Assembly (NCBI GenBank): GCA_963840555.1
Contig: CAWIZK010000003.1
Span: 11,779 to 75,778 of the forward strand
Reading direction: 5' to 3'
Source of the DNA: an uncultured Acidobacteriaceae bacterium
GTDB taxonomy: Bacteria; Acidobacteriota; Terriglobia; Terriglobales; Acidobacteriaceae
DNA: 64,000 nt
The position numbers and the translations under genes were made by a program. This document shows, piece by piece, positions 54,864-64,000 of this stretch (position 1 is the first letter of the stretch; each line of letters starts with the position of its first letter). Under the pieces are notes generated by a model. It was not told where the DNA came from. It saw nothing but the letters and a program-made list of their open reading frames with translations, and ran no database searches.

Positions 54864-56279
54864 ATGGCAGACTCGGTTCCAGAACGGCCAGACACCGGAT
54901 TCGAAGGCCGGGGGCTGGGCAGCCACCCGTCGCTCGAAGAGGTGCACGGTACCGTCAGTGTCCCCCACCATCAAGCCGGGTTCTGGCAGAACTGGAAGGC
55001 CTTCGTTGGCCCGGCCATCCTCGTCAGCGTCGGCTACATGGACCCGGGCAACTGGGGCACCGACCTGCAAGCCGGCGCGCAGTTCAAATACAACCTGCTC
55101 TGGGTGGTCGGACTCGCCAGCCTGATGGCGATTTTCATGCAGGTCATCTCCGCGCGCCTCGGCGTAGTCACCGGACGCGACTTGGCGCAGTGCTGCCGCG
55201 AATGGTATCCCTCATGGACGCGCTGGCCGAACTGGTTCTTCAGCGAGACAGCGGTAGCCGCGTGCGACCTCGCCGAAGTGCTCGGCGGCGCGGTAGCGCT
55301 GAACTTGCTGTTCCACATCCCGCTTTTCTGGGCAGTCGTCATCACCGGGCTCGACGTCCTGCTTCTCCTCGGCCTGCAGCGCTTCGGAATGCGCACCATC
55401 GAAGCCATTGTGCTGCTGCTGATCGGCACCATCGCTGTCTGCTACTTCATCGAGATTTTCGTGCTCCCGCAAACCCAGCCGAGTTTTTCCGAGATGGCGC
55501 GCGCGCTGGTGTCGCCGCAGCTGCGGCAGGCGGGCATGCTCTACCTCGCCATCGGCATCATCGGTGCGACAGTCATGCCGCACAACCTTTACTTGCACTC
55601 AGCGCTGGTGCAGAGCCGCAAGCTCCAAAAAGATGAGCCGTCGATGCGCAGCGCCATCCGCTTCAACACCATCGACTCGGTCGTCGCCCTCACGGTTGCG
55701 TTCTTCGTGAACTCGGCAATCCTTGTACTGGCGGCGACGGTGTTCTTCGGGAAGGAAAGCGTCGCCGTCCCCGGCGGACAGATCGTGCATTTCAGCGCCA
55801 ACAGCGACTGGATTCGCGTCGCCTACCTCACGCTGGCCCCGTTGCTCGGCACAGCCGGTGCCAGCACTCTGTTCGCCGTCGCGCTGCTGGCCAGCGGACA
55901 GAGCAGCACCATCACCGGTACTCTCGCCGGCCAGGTTGTGATGGAAGGCTTCATGAACTGGCGCATCAAGCCCTGGGTGCGTCGCCTCATCACGCGATCG
56001 CTGGCGATTATTCCGGCAGTGGTGGTCATTGGATGGCGTGGCGACAGCAGCGTTACCGACCTGCTCACGCTGAGCCAGGTTGTTCTGGCGCTCCAGTTGC
56101 CATTCGCCATGTTTCCGCTTCTGCAATTCACGAGTTCGCGTAAGCGCATGGGCAAGTGGCGCAACGGATGGTTCCTGCTGGCCACGGGATGGGCGAGTGC
56201 TATCCTGATCACCGCCATGGACATCGTGGGCCTGCCCGATTCGCTGAAAACGGCGTGGCGGGTGATTGTTGGGGGATAG
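54864..56279 (+). CDS. mntH: Nramp-family divalent metal (Mn2+/Fe2+) transporter
   Basis: GYMDPGNWGTDLQAGAQFKY and ATVMPHNLYLHS Nramp motifs. About 11 TM segments. Confidence 0.85.
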   Translation: MADSVPERPDTGFEGRGLGSHPSLEEVHGTVSVPHHQAGFWQNWKAFVGPAILVSVGYMDPGNWGTDLQAGAQFKYNLLWVVGLASLMAIFMQVISARLGVVTGRDLAQCCREWYPSWTRWPNWFFSETAVAACDLAEVLGGAVALNLLFHIPLFWAVVITGLDVLLLLGLQRFGMRTIEAIVLLLIGTIAVCYFIEIFVLPQTQPSFSEMARALVSPQLRQAGMLYLAIGIIGATVMPHNLYLHSALVQSRKLQKDEPSMRSAIRFNTIDSVVALTVAFFVNSAILVLAATVFFGKESVAVPGGQIVHFSANSDWIRVAYLTLAPLLGTAGASTLFAVALLASGQSSTITGTLAGQVVMEGFMNWRIKPWVRRLITRSLAIIPAVVVIGWRGDSSVTDLLTLSQVVLALQLPFAMFPLLQFTSSRKRMGKWRNGWFLLATGWASAILITAMDIVGLPDSLKTAWRVIVGG

Positions 56280-56303
56280 CGCCTCCCCTGGAGATGTACC
56301 ACA

Positions 56304-56720
56304 ATGTATGACACCATTCTGGTCACGGTTGACGGTACGCCCACCGACCGCGCCATCATCGAGCACGTCAAGAAGCTGGCCGCTTGCCATCACAGCCGCG
56401 TGGTGCTGTTGCACGTGGCCGACGGATGGGCTGCTCGCACCTACGGCCCCGACGCCGTAAGTCCTGAAATCTCCGCCGACCAGGCTTATCTGGAAAAAGT
56501 TCGCGCCGAGTTCGAAGCCGCCGGTATCCCCGCCGAAGCCGAGATGGCTTATGGCGACTCAGCCACCGAAATCATCAAGTGGGTCGAAGAGAAGGGCTGT
56601 GACCTGGTGGCCATGAGCACCCACGGACATGGCTTCCTGCAAGACATCTTCCGCGGAACCACGGCGACCCGCGTCCAGCACAGCATCAGCGTACCCGTGC
56701 TGCTGCTGCGCGCGAAGTAG
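56304..56720 (+). CDS. universal stress protein (UspA family)
   Basis: ILVTVDGT...VVLLHV...LVAMSTHGHGFLQDIFRGTTATRVQHSISVPVLLL. Confidence 0.8.
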   Translation: MYDTILVTVDGTPTDRAIIEHVKKLAACHHSRVVLLHVADGWAARTYGPDAVSPEISADQAYLEKVRAEFEAAGIPAEAEMAYGDSATEIIKWVEEKGCDLVAMSTHGHGFLQDIFRGTTATRVQHSISVPVLLLRAK

Positions 56721-56961
56721 GGTTCAGAGAACTGGAACCCGTTCGCAGGCCCCACTCGTCCATCCGGCCAATTTCGAAGTGAGCAATTCTGTACAGACCG
56801 CTGAGCGCCCCACAACTTAGTCTCCTGATAGACGAAGTGGCGCAGCCCGTGGACATTCTCGGCTAGAGAGGTCCACGGGCATCAATTGCTCAGATTGTTG
56901 GGGGAGTTTCCTGCCGATCGAAGTCGTCGTAACAACCGAATCGCAGGCGATCCGCAGTTCC

Positions 56962-56992
56962 GACTCGAAACTCGAAACCAGGAACTCGAAAC
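56962..56992 (+). repeat. GAAACTCGAAAC-type intergenic repeat
   Basis: gactcgaaactcgaaaccaggaactcgaaac. Confidence 0.6.
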
Positions 56993-56997
56993 AGCTT

Positions 56998-57273
56998 CTA
57001 GATTCCCAGCTTCTTCACTTCTTCGTTGTAGTACTTCCGATACAGGATGTCCCACTCCTGTGAGCCTTCCAGAATCGTTTTCTTCTGGTTCTCGATCTTG
57101 TGCCGAGCGGCAGCATCGATCTTGGCTTCTTCCGTCATCAGCAGTTCCAGGACGCGCCGTGTCTCCTGCCGAATGGTATTGCGGTCTTCAATGAAATCCA
57201 CGCTTTCGGTTTCGGCCAGCGTATCGGCCACGGCGTGTGCCAGCTTATTGATCTTTTCGCGGCTGATTCTCAT
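56998..57273 (-). CDS. DUF507-like small protein
   Basis: 91 aa. MRISREKINKLAHAVADTL... is paralogous to the adjacent upstream ORF. ATGA overlap at 57270-57273. Confidence 0.65.
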   Translation of the reverse strand: MRISREKINKLAHAVADTLAETESVDFIEDRNTIRQETRRVLELLMTEEAKIDAAARHKIENQKKTILEGSQEWDILYRKYYNEEVKKLGI

Positions 57274-57548
57274 AGCACTGCCTTATACTTGCGCACCAGC
57301 TCGTTCTTGATCTTCTTAAACATCTCCTGGTAATTGGCGCCGCTCTGCCGCATTTCGTCCGAGTAAGTCTCGAGAATGATCCGCACCTCATCGTTGATAC
57401 GGTCTTCCAGCGTCAGCTCCTCGATAATCGCCGCGTGCACGCGTTCGCGCACCTGTTGCGGCTCTGCGGACTCGATGAACTCACCGTCAATCAGCTTTTT
57501 GGTGATTTGTTGGGCCAGATAGCCCACATATTCTTTGGAGAAGTGCAT
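57270..57548 (-). CDS. DUF507-like small protein
   Basis: 92 aa. MHFSKEYVGYLAQQITKKLIDGEFIE.... Paired with 56998..57273. Confidence 0.65.
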   Translation of the reverse strand: MHFSKEYVGYLAQQITKKLIDGEFIESAEPQQVRERVHAAIIEELTLEDRINDEVRIILETYSDEMRQSGANYQEMFKKIKNELVRKYKAVL

Positions 57549-57670
57549 GCTTGTCGGAATCGTGTGTCGTAATCGTTGATTTTAACACAGCATCGGCATC
57601 GAATCGCCCATCGCTGGGTGCCCCGTTCAAGGAAGCGTCAGCGGCCTTGGGCGGGTCTTTGCCCTTTCTT

Positions 57671-57699
57671 CTCTGTGTCCTCCGTGCCTCTGCGGTGAA
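57671..57699 (+). repeat. CTCTGTGTCCTCCGTGCCTCTGCGGTGAA intergenic repeat
   Basis: Matches 34835-34862 apart from one inserted base and one substitution. Confidence 0.7.
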
Positions 57700-57749
57700 C
57701 TCGTCTTTTCTAGAAATTGGGAAACTCACGCTATAATCCAGCAACCCTC

Positions 57750-60341
57750 ATGGCGCTCGCTTCCGGTACGAAACTAGGCCCTTACGAACTCGTCGCGTTG
57801 ATTGGTGCTGGTGGAATGGGCGAAGTCTACCGCGCACGCGACCAGCGTCTCGGACGCGATGTCGCTGTCAAAGTCCTTCCCGCTTCCTTCGCCGCCGATC
57901 CCGATCGCTTGCGTCGTTTCGAGCAGGAAGCCCGCGCCGTTGCCGCGCTCAATCATCCCAACATTCTCGGCGTTCACGATCTTGGCCAGCACGACGGCAC
58001 GCCCTACATGGTCTGCGAACTGCTCGAAGGCGAGAGCCTGCGTGCCATCCTCGCGCGCGGACCGATCTCCCATCGCAAAGCAATCGACTACGGCGTTCAG
58101 ACCGCGCACGGCCTCGCCGCTGCTCACGGCAGAGACATCGCCCATCGCGATCTCAAACCCGACAACATCTTCATCACTCGCGAAGGCCACGTAAAGATCC
58201 TCGACTTCGGACTCGCCAAGACCATCGACAAAGCTGCCGACAGCAAAGACACGCACCTCGGCACCATGACCTCCGACGGCCCGCTCACCGGCGTTGGCAC
58301 CGTCGTGGGCACCGCCGGATACATGTCTCCCGAGCAGGTCCGCGGCTCCACCGTTGACTGCCGCACTGACATTTTCAGCTTTGGCGCAGTGCTCTACGAA
58401 ATGCTCAGCGGAGTTCGTGCCTTCCATCGCGACACCACCGCCGAAACCATGACCGCGATCCTGCACGACGATCCGCCTGAGACTCCGACCGGCGGACGTC
58501 CGCTGCCGCCCGCGCTCGATCGCATCGTCCGCCACTGCCTCGAGAAGGCTCCCGAGCAGCGCTTCCAATCGGCGCGCGACATGGCCTTCGATCTCGAGTC
58601 GGTCACCACGATCACCTCGTCCGGCGGTCTTTCCGCCGCGAAAACCAAAGAGCGCAAGACTCGCTGGAACCTGATTGCCGCCGCAGCCGCTCTCATTCTG
58701 CTCGCCGGTTTAGCCGGATGGCTCCTCTCTTCAGCCCGTCATCCCGCGACCGGAGCGCAATTTCACCAGGTCACCTATCGCCGTGGCACGCCGGGCACAG
58801 CGCGCTTCACGCCCGACGGACAAAACGTCATCTACACCGCCGCATGGGAAGCCGCCGAGCCTGAACTCTACTCCGTGCCTGCTGACGGAGTCGGTGGCCA
58901 TCCCATGGGCATCAAAGACGCGCGTCTCCTGGCAGTCTCCAGCAAGGGAGAACTCGCCGTCGCACTCTCTCCTCAGGTCCGCACCACGCTTCTCGCTCCC
59001 GGCAATCTGGCCCGCACCACTGGAACCAGCGCTCCCAAGCCCGAGATCGAAAACATTCAGGCCGCCGACTTCACTCCCGACGGATCCGCCCTCGCCATCG
59101 TCCGCTTCACGCCCGCCGATTTCATGTGTCAGCTCGAGTACCCCATCGGCAAGGTCCTCTTGCGCGAGAGGCTGATCGACGACCTTCGCTTCTCGCATGA
59201 CGGCAAGTACCTTGCCTTCATCGCCCACACCAATCCCAGTGACGATCGCGGCACCGTCACGATCATCCGTACCACCGGCGAGAAAGTCGCCGTCAGCCCG
59301 CTGTATGAAAGCTCACAGGGACTGGCCTGGAGCGTCAGTGGCGACGAAGTCTGGACCAGCTCCCCTCTCGAATCCGGAGAAGTCCACGCCTTATCGATTT
59401 CCGGCAAGACCCGCGATCCCCTGGCTATGCCCGGTCGTCTTCATCTGCGCGACATCTCCTCCAAAGGTCAACTCCTCGTTGGGCAGGGCATTGCTCGCCG
59501 CGGCATCGTCGTTTCCAGCAACAAAGGCGAGTCGCTGCGCGACCTCTCCTGGCTCGACTTCAGCTACCTCCGCGACATCAGCGACGACGGCAAGATGATC
59601 CTCTTCGAAGAGGAAGGTTCTTCCACGTCCAATTACACCGTGTACGTACGCGACACCGACGGCTCCGCCGCCGTTCCCATCGGTGAGGGATACGGGGGGG
59701 CCCTCTCGCGCGACAAGAAGTGGGCCCTGGCCATCAAGCTCACCGAACCGAACCACGAGATATGGCTGTTGCCCATCGGGCCCGGCGAGCCCCGTCGCAT
59801 CAATCCGCCTAACCTCGTTCCGGCGAATATCCTTCCCCAGTTCTTGTCCGACGGCAAGCGTGTTATTTATTCCGCCAACGAATCCGGGCATCCAGTTCGG
59901 ATTTGGCTTCAGGGTCTCGACGGCGGCGCGCCGAAACCAATTTCTGCCGAAGGAGTTGCAGCCAGAAGCGTCTCCCTTGACGACCAATGGGTGCTCGCCG
60001 GCATCAGGGACGCCTCCTCGGGCAACGTGCATCTGGTCCTCTTGCCCATCAATGGCGGCAATACGGTGGAGATCACCGGCCTGAAGCCCGCCGAAATGCC
60101 CTTGGGCTGGACCAGCGATGGCCAGCTTTATGTATCTGCGCCCGACACGTCCGGCGCTGGCGTTAAGGTGGAGAAGCTCAATCCGCATACCGGAGCACGT
60201 ACCCCGTGGCGCACCCTCGCTACCGCGCCCATCGGAGGCGTCGTCCCCGATCCGCCCATCATCACCCCCGACGGCAACACTTACGGCTTCGACTATCGCG
60301 TCCGCCTCTCCGACCTCTACACCGTCTCCGGCGTCCGCTGA
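57750..60341 (+). CDS. membrane Ser/Thr kinase with TolB-like beta-propeller ectodomain
   Basis: The ATG at 57750 gives MALASGTKLGPYELVALIGAGGMGEVYRA. HRDLKPDNIF, DFG, TM LIAAAAALILLAGLAGWLL. C-terminal PD40/WD40-like repeats (FTPDG, FSHDGKYLAF, ISDDGKMILF, LSDGKRVIY). Confidence 0.85.
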   Translation: MALASGTKLGPYELVALIGAGGMGEVYRARDQRLGRDVAVKVLPASFAADPDRLRRFEQEARAVAALNHPNILGVHDLGQHDGTPYMVCELLEGESLRAILARGPISHRKAIDYGVQTAHGLAAAHGRDIAHRDLKPDNIFITREGHVKILDFGLAKTIDKAADSKDTHLGTMTSDGPLTGVGTVVGTAGYMSPEQVRGSTVDCRTDIFSFGAVLYEMLSGVRAFHRDTTAETMTAILHDDPPETPTGGRPLPPALDRIVRHCLEKAPEQRFQSARDMAFDLESVTTITSSGGLSAAKTKERKTRWNLIAAAAALILLAGLAGWLLSSARHPATGAQFHQVTYRRGTPGTARFTPDGQNVIYTAAWEAAEPELYSVPADGVGGHPMGIKDARLLAVSSKGELAVALSPQVRTTLLAPGNLARTTGTSAPKPEIENIQAADFTPDGSALAIVRFTPADFMCQLEYPIGKVLLRERLIDDLRFSHDGKYLAFIAHTNPSDDRGTVTIIRTTGEKVAVSPLYESSQGLAWSVSGDEVWTSSPLESGEVHALSISGKTRDPLAMPGRLHLRDISSKGQLLVGQGIARRGIVVSSNKGESLRDLSWLDFSYLRDISDDGKMILFEEEGSSTSNYTVYVRDTDGSAAVPIGEGYGGALSRDKKWALAIKLTEPNHEIWLLPIGPGEPRRINPPNLVPANILPQFLSDGKRVIYSANESGHPVRIWLQGLDGGAPKPISAEGVAARSVSLDDQWVLAGIRDASSGNVHLVLLPINGGNTVEITGLKPAEMPLGWTSDGQLYVSAPDTSGAGVKVEKLNPHTGARTPWRTLATAPIGGVVPDPPIITPDGNTYGFDYRVRLSDLYTVSGVR

Positions 60342-60351
60342 TTTTTTAGGT

Positions 60352-60449
60352 TTGTCATCACGAGCGCAGCGAGGGATCTGCTTTTCCGTGGAAGTACTAG
60401 TCGGATGCCCCATTCAAGGCCATCTTTTGGCCTTGAGTGGGGATTTTCG
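60352..60449 (+). repeat. interspersed repeat module (TTGTCATCACGAG...GAGGGATCTGCTTTT unit plus hairpin unit GCCCCATTCAAGGCCATCTTTTGGCCTTGAGTGGGGATTTTCG)
   Basis: 60401-60449 matches 61681-61729 with 2 mismatches over 49 nt. The first unit recurs three times at 61532-61656. Confidence 0.8.
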
Positions 60450-60473
60450 TTTAGGTTCCGTTAAGTGCTTAAC

Positions 60474-61187
60474 TCAGTGCGTCCCCTGTTGTGCCGTCCC
60501 ATCCGACCACTTGCCCACCACGACCATAAAAATCGTCACCCGTTCCTCAGGATCATTTGCCGCAATAATCGGAGAGCCCGCCAGATTCGCTCCCCAGCTT
60601 TTCGCTGCGTCTCCCGCGACAAAAAACATCAGATGCGGATGCCAGCTCATGCCCTCGTCGTTCAAATACTGCTGCTTCGACATCATGTAGCACATCGCTC
60701 CCGGTTCCAGCGCGGGTAGTTCCTTCTTATCCAGTGCCGATGCGGTCGCCGCGGCGATTTCTGCCTTCGATTTTCCCGCCAGCACCAGCTTGGTTTTCAT
60801 CAGGAATATGGGCGCAAAGGTCCGCGCGGCTGGCGCATTGAAGCAATTGGGGGCGCGCACTTTGGGATTCCAAAACTGCGGCTCATCGGTGGAGTTAGCC
60901 CACGACCGTTCCACGAGGCACACAAAGCCATTCGTGCCCTTCACGGCAGTCGTGTAGCCCTTCGGTCCCAGCACCATCACTTCGGCTGAGTCCGAGATAG
61001 AGGCTGGCGCCGCACTGCGAGCCAGCGCGATTTCAGCATTCTCGTCGGTCATCAAGTACTGTTCAAGCGCGGCCATTGCCGGATACGAAGCTTTCTCCGC
61101 AGGCGCTTGTGCCTGACCGATCGCGCAGGCTAAGACAACCTGCGCAAACAATGCCAATACGATTAGCTGGATGGTCTTCTGCTGCAT
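60474..61187 (-). CDS. hypothetical secreted protein
   Basis: ATG at 61187 with an AGGAGAG SD, and the signal peptide MQQKTIQLIVLALFAQVVLACAIGQAQA. No family recognised. Confidence 0.55.
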   Translation of the reverse strand: MQQKTIQLIVLALFAQVVLACAIGQAQAPAEKASYPAMAALEQYLMTDENAEIALARSAAPASISDSAEVMVLGPKGYTTAVKGTNGFVCLVERSWANSTDEPQFWNPKVRAPNCFNAPAARTFAPIFLMKTKLVLAGKSKAEIAAATASALDKKELPALEPGAMCYMMSKQQYLNDEGMSWHPHLMFFVAGDAAKSWGANLAGSPIIAANDPEERVTIFMVVVGKWSDGTAQQGTH

Positions 61188-61531
61188 GGAACTCTCCTGC
61201 GGACGGACATCTCTGTCGGGAAGTCTACCGCAGGTCTGAGGGAATGAGCGGCCGATGTCTGCTTGAGCGGGATTTTCGAATCGGGTGGGGCTACACCTGT
61301 GCCAAAGGGACGGACACAACCGGAAAGGACGAAATCGCTATGTCGTTACCGAAGCAAGCGAGGACTACAGGACATACGCCCGCAACATCCACCATACGAG
61401 GAACAATGCGACCACGGCACCCGCGACATGAACGACCCAGTCGCCAACTGTTTTCGGTTTGCCAAAATTAAACACCGTGGCATGTTAGCACGCGCTCAAG
61501 AAAGCCTGGTCGGAACGAGTGCTCCCACACC

Positions 61532-61729
61532 TTGTCATCACGAGCAGCGTCGCCCTCTTATTGGTTGTCATCACGAGGTCGCCGTGGCGACCGAGGGATC
61601 TGCTTTTTGTTTGTCATCCTGAGCGGAGCCCGCTTCGGGCGGAGTCGAAGGACCCCTTTACCGCGAAAAATCTGTGGCCCTCGGGTGCCCCATTCAAGGC
61701 CATCTTTTGGCCTTGGGTGGGGATTTTCG
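61532..61729 (+). repeat. array of interspersed repeat units (3x TTGTCATC-type units, then the GCCCCATTCAAGG hairpin unit)
   Basis: Units start at 61532, 61565 (inner hairpin GGTCGCC-gt-GGCGACC) and 61611 (GTCATCCTGAGCGGAGCCCGCTTCGGGCGGAGTCGAAGGACC). Hairpin unit at 61687-61729. Confidence 0.8.
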
Positions 61730-61759
61730 AACCGGCCGGGTCGATGACGACTTGGCCTT

Positions 61760-61786
61760 ATCCGCGTAATCCGCGCAAATCCGCGG
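61760..61786 (+). repeat. ATCCGCG(T/C)AA-type short tandem repeat unit
   Basis: atccgcgtaatccgcgcaaatccgcgg. A related copy atccgcggcatccgcgtaaatccgcgg lies at 25433-25459. Confidence 0.7.
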
Positions 61787-61835
61787 TTGCTTTTGCCTTT
61801 TCTAATCACTAGCCGCTAACCACCAACTACTATCT

Positions 61836-62606
61836 TCACGCAAACTGCTTAAAGTCCGCCTTCCTCTTCTGCAAGAACGCCATCAGCGCCTCGCGGCACT
61901 CTGGAGACTTCAGCCGCTCGGCCAGCACATCCAACTCTTCTTGAATCACCCGCTCTACCTCAGCCGCCATCGGTTTCTTCATCAACTCCTTGGTCGCGCG
62001 CACCGCTGCCGCCGGCTTTTCCGCCAACAATTGCGCCGCTCCCATCGCGGTCTCCAGCAACTTGTCAGGAGCCACCACCGCATTCACCAATCCCAACTCA
62101 TACGCGCGCTGCGCACTGATCGGCGCGCCCAGCATCAGCAACTCGGCCGCGCGTACATGCCCCATGAGCGCCGGAACCAGCAGCGTCGAGCCTGCCTCAG
62201 GAATAATCCCGAGGTTCACGAATGGCATCATGAGCTTGGCATCGTCAGCCGCATAAACCAGGTCGCAATGCAGCAGAATGGTCACCCCAATCCCCACCGT
62301 CGCGCCATGCACCGCTGCGATCATCGGTTTCTTCGCGTGCGCCACCGCCATCATAAAATGCACCGCCGGAGGCACGTCCTGCCCCTTCCAGGGGTTCGCC
62401 ATGAAATCCTGTAAATCGTTGCCTGCGGTGAATGCATCCCCATTTCCATGCAATAGCATCACACGCACGTTGGGATCGGCTTCGCCCTGTTCCACCGCTT
62501 CCGCCATCGCGGAATACATGGCAACGGTTAACGCATTCTTCTTTTCAGGACGGTCAATCGTGATTCGCAGAACATCGGTGTGCAGTTCGGTGTTGATATT
62601 ACCCAT
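61836..62606 (-). CDS. enoyl-CoA hydratase/isomerase (crotonase family)
   Basis: LRITIDRPEKKNALT, AAVHGATVGIGVTILLHCDLVYA. ATG at 62606. Confidence 0.85.
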   Translation of the reverse strand: MGNINTELHTDVLRITIDRPEKKNALTVAMYSAMAEAVEQGEADPNVRVMLLHGNGDAFTAGNDLQDFMANPWKGQDVPPAVHFMMAVAHAKKPMIAAVHGATVGIGVTILLHCDLVYAADDAKLMMPFVNLGIIPEAGSTLLVPALMGHVRAAELLMLGAPISAQRAYELGLVNAVVAPDKLLETAMGAAQLLAEKPAAAVRATKELMKKPMAAEVERVIQEELDVLAERLKSPECREALMAFLQKRKADFKQFA

Positions 62607-62818
62607 GAAGATTCCTCGTTCGCGCCGGCTTCTGCCTTCGTCCACTGCCGCGCGCAGACGGAATTGTACTGGAAGAAAATCTGAGAAGCGGTGATACTGG
62701 GCTTAGCCTTCTTCAGCCGTTCCCGTTTTTGGCTTCTTTGTGGGGAGTCACACATGGTTTTCGCGTTCTCCGCCGCTCGACTGCACGCGTTCGTCAGCGC
62801 TGCGCCGGTCGTGTGCCC

Positions 62819-63580
62819 ATGAGGATCGCCCGCCGTTTTGCTTCCTTAATGATCTTCGTGTGCGCATCCACGCTGATCGCCGCTGCGGCTGATTTCGCGA
62901 CCTCATCGTGCGGCCCAGGTCTCCATCTAACTGGCGATCAGGTTGCCAAACGGCTGGCGGCCAATAACGCTGCAAGGGCAAAAGACTTGCGCGGCTTCGA
63001 GAGTCAGCGGCACTACGAACTCGACTACACTGGCTTTCCCTATTCCCGCAGTGCCGAAATGACGGTTAACGTCTCCTACCGCGCTCCCGGGAATAAGAAG
63101 TTGACCGTCGTTACCGAGTCCGGCTCCAAGCTCATCCTCACTCGCGTTCTGCATCGGCTGCTGGAATCCGAGCAGGAGTCTTCCGCCGACGAAGCCAGCC
63201 GCAACGCTGTGGCACTCACTCCTGATAACTATCGCTTTGCCTTGCGTGGCTGCGCCGCCGCTGCGGGTCGTGACCTGTACGTGATGGAAGTCGAACCGTT
63301 GCGCGACACCAAGTTTCTCTATCGTGGGACCATCTGGGTTGATGCGCTCGATTTTGCCGTCGTCCGCATCGAGGCCGAGCCCGCCAAGAATCCATCGATC
63401 TTTACCAAGCGTTCCGAGATTCACCACCAGTATCAAAAAATCGGTGAGTTCTATCTGCCGTCCTCCAACGAGACGGTTACGGACGTTCGCCTGGGCGGAC
63501 GCTCGGTTCTCAAGATCCGGTACGAAAACTACAAACTTGATCCTGCCGAAAATCGCGAGCAGAAAACCGCCAAAAACTAA
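62819..63580 (+). CDS. hypothetical secreted protein (LolA/lipoprotein-sorting-like fold suspected)
   Basis: The ATG at 62819 gives the signal peptide MRIARRFASLMIFVCASTLIAAA. YVMEVEPLRDTKFLYRGTIWVDALDFAVVRIEAEP resembles outer-membrane lipoprotein-sorting-like proteins. Confidence 0.5.
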   Translation: MRIARRFASLMIFVCASTLIAAAADFATSSCGPGLHLTGDQVAKRLAANNAARAKDLRGFESQRHYELDYTGFPYSRSAEMTVNVSYRAPGNKKLTVVTESGSKLILTRVLHRLLESEQESSADEASRNAVALTPDNYRFALRGCAAAAGRDLYVMEVEPLRDTKFLYRGTIWVDALDFAVVRIEAEPAKNPSIFTKRSEIHHQYQKIGEFYLPSSNETVTDVRLGGRSVLKIRYENYKLDPAENREQKTAKN

Positions 63581-63712
63581 CTCAAGATTTGCCGGAAATG
63601 AATTATAAGTAAAGTTATAATTACAACTCATTTCAGGTGGGTCGTTGTCATTATAATTGCCGTTATAACTGGCACCCGTCGGACGCAGTCGCCGCGTATA
63701 CTGCGAGTTCTA

Positions 63713-64000
63713 TGAGCACCTCAGCGGCCAGCCTCCGGCGTCCCCCAGGAACCGCCGCTCCCAGCCGCTTTAAGCTACTGCTGGCGTTCTTCGCCATTTA
63801 CATCGTCTGGGGATCTACTTATCTTGCAATACGTTACGCGGTTGATACGATCCCGCCTCTCATGGTAGCCGGTTTTCGTCACATCGTCGCTGGCGTTTTC
63901 CTGTTGGGCGTTGCCTATTTTCGCGGCTATCGCCCAACCTGGCGCGAGTGGCGCTCAAGTGCGGTTTTGGGCTTTCTTTACTTCGTGTTAGGCCATGGCA
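63713..64000 (+). CDS. EamA/DMT-family transporter (N-terminal part; runs off right edge)
   Basis: FKLLLAFFAIYIVWGSTYLAIRYAVDTIPPLMVAGFRHIVAG is typical of the EamA domain. Open to the window end. Confidence 0.7.

Noticed and set aside
59391-60413. 340-aa minus-strand ORF
   Set aside because: It is antisense to the beta-propeller region of the kinase at 57750-60341, with no motifs and shadow-ORF composition. The same reasoning applies to 53581-54447 (opposite purD), 55599-56414 (opposite mntH), 44946-45857 (opposite the TPR gene), 43110-43757 and 43961-44770 (opposite or overlapping the heparinase-like gene), and 13564-14322.
61263-61812. ORFs of 83-131 aa in the 61.2-61.8 kb gap
   Set aside because: They are translations of the interspersed repeat units (TTGTCATC-type and hairpin units) on both strands. 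They have no start context and no conservation logic.

Overview
High-GC bacterial chromosomal segment. Gene content and intergenic repeat families look acidobacterial (inference): a PadR regulator with a duplicated FtsX 'ADOP'-type permease, a VWFA-related protein, three large membrane Ser/Thr kinases, TPR/beta-propeller proteins and an S53 sedolisin. Housekeeping genes include purE, purD, aconitase (interrupted), mntH, an acyl-CoA synthetase, an enoyl-CoA hydratase and a nucleotide-sugar dehydrogenase.

The stand-out region is the left ~11.6 kb, which is visibly more AT-rich than the rest. It holds a stand-alone Cas1 homologue (2340-3905, minus) with Cas1-type motifs and a Zn-ribbon/HTH tail. 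I see no cas2 and no CRISPR array. Cas1 is divergently adjacent to a tightly coupled plus-strand operon that ends in a 981-aa family B DNA polymerase (6707-9652) with Exo I-III and Pol A/B/C motifs. Small RHH/HTH regulators and an HNH-like ORF are also present. This is the gene signature of a casposon-like self-synthesizing element. Extra cargo here includes a membrane protein, a Zn-ribbon Ser/Thr kinase and an ICMT-family methyltransferase. Element ends are not resolved; I only found a weak candidate inverted repeat, and the island runs off the left edge.

Several genes carry single-nucleotide frameshifts: aconitase has 4, the VWFA protein 1, and one island HTH gene 1 (at a G5 run). Five of these cluster at 28.7-30.9 kb. 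They could be assembly indels or real decay.

At least six families of short interspersed intergenic repeats are present. Many long ORFs in the track are antisense shadow ORFs of this GC-rich DNA and were not called.
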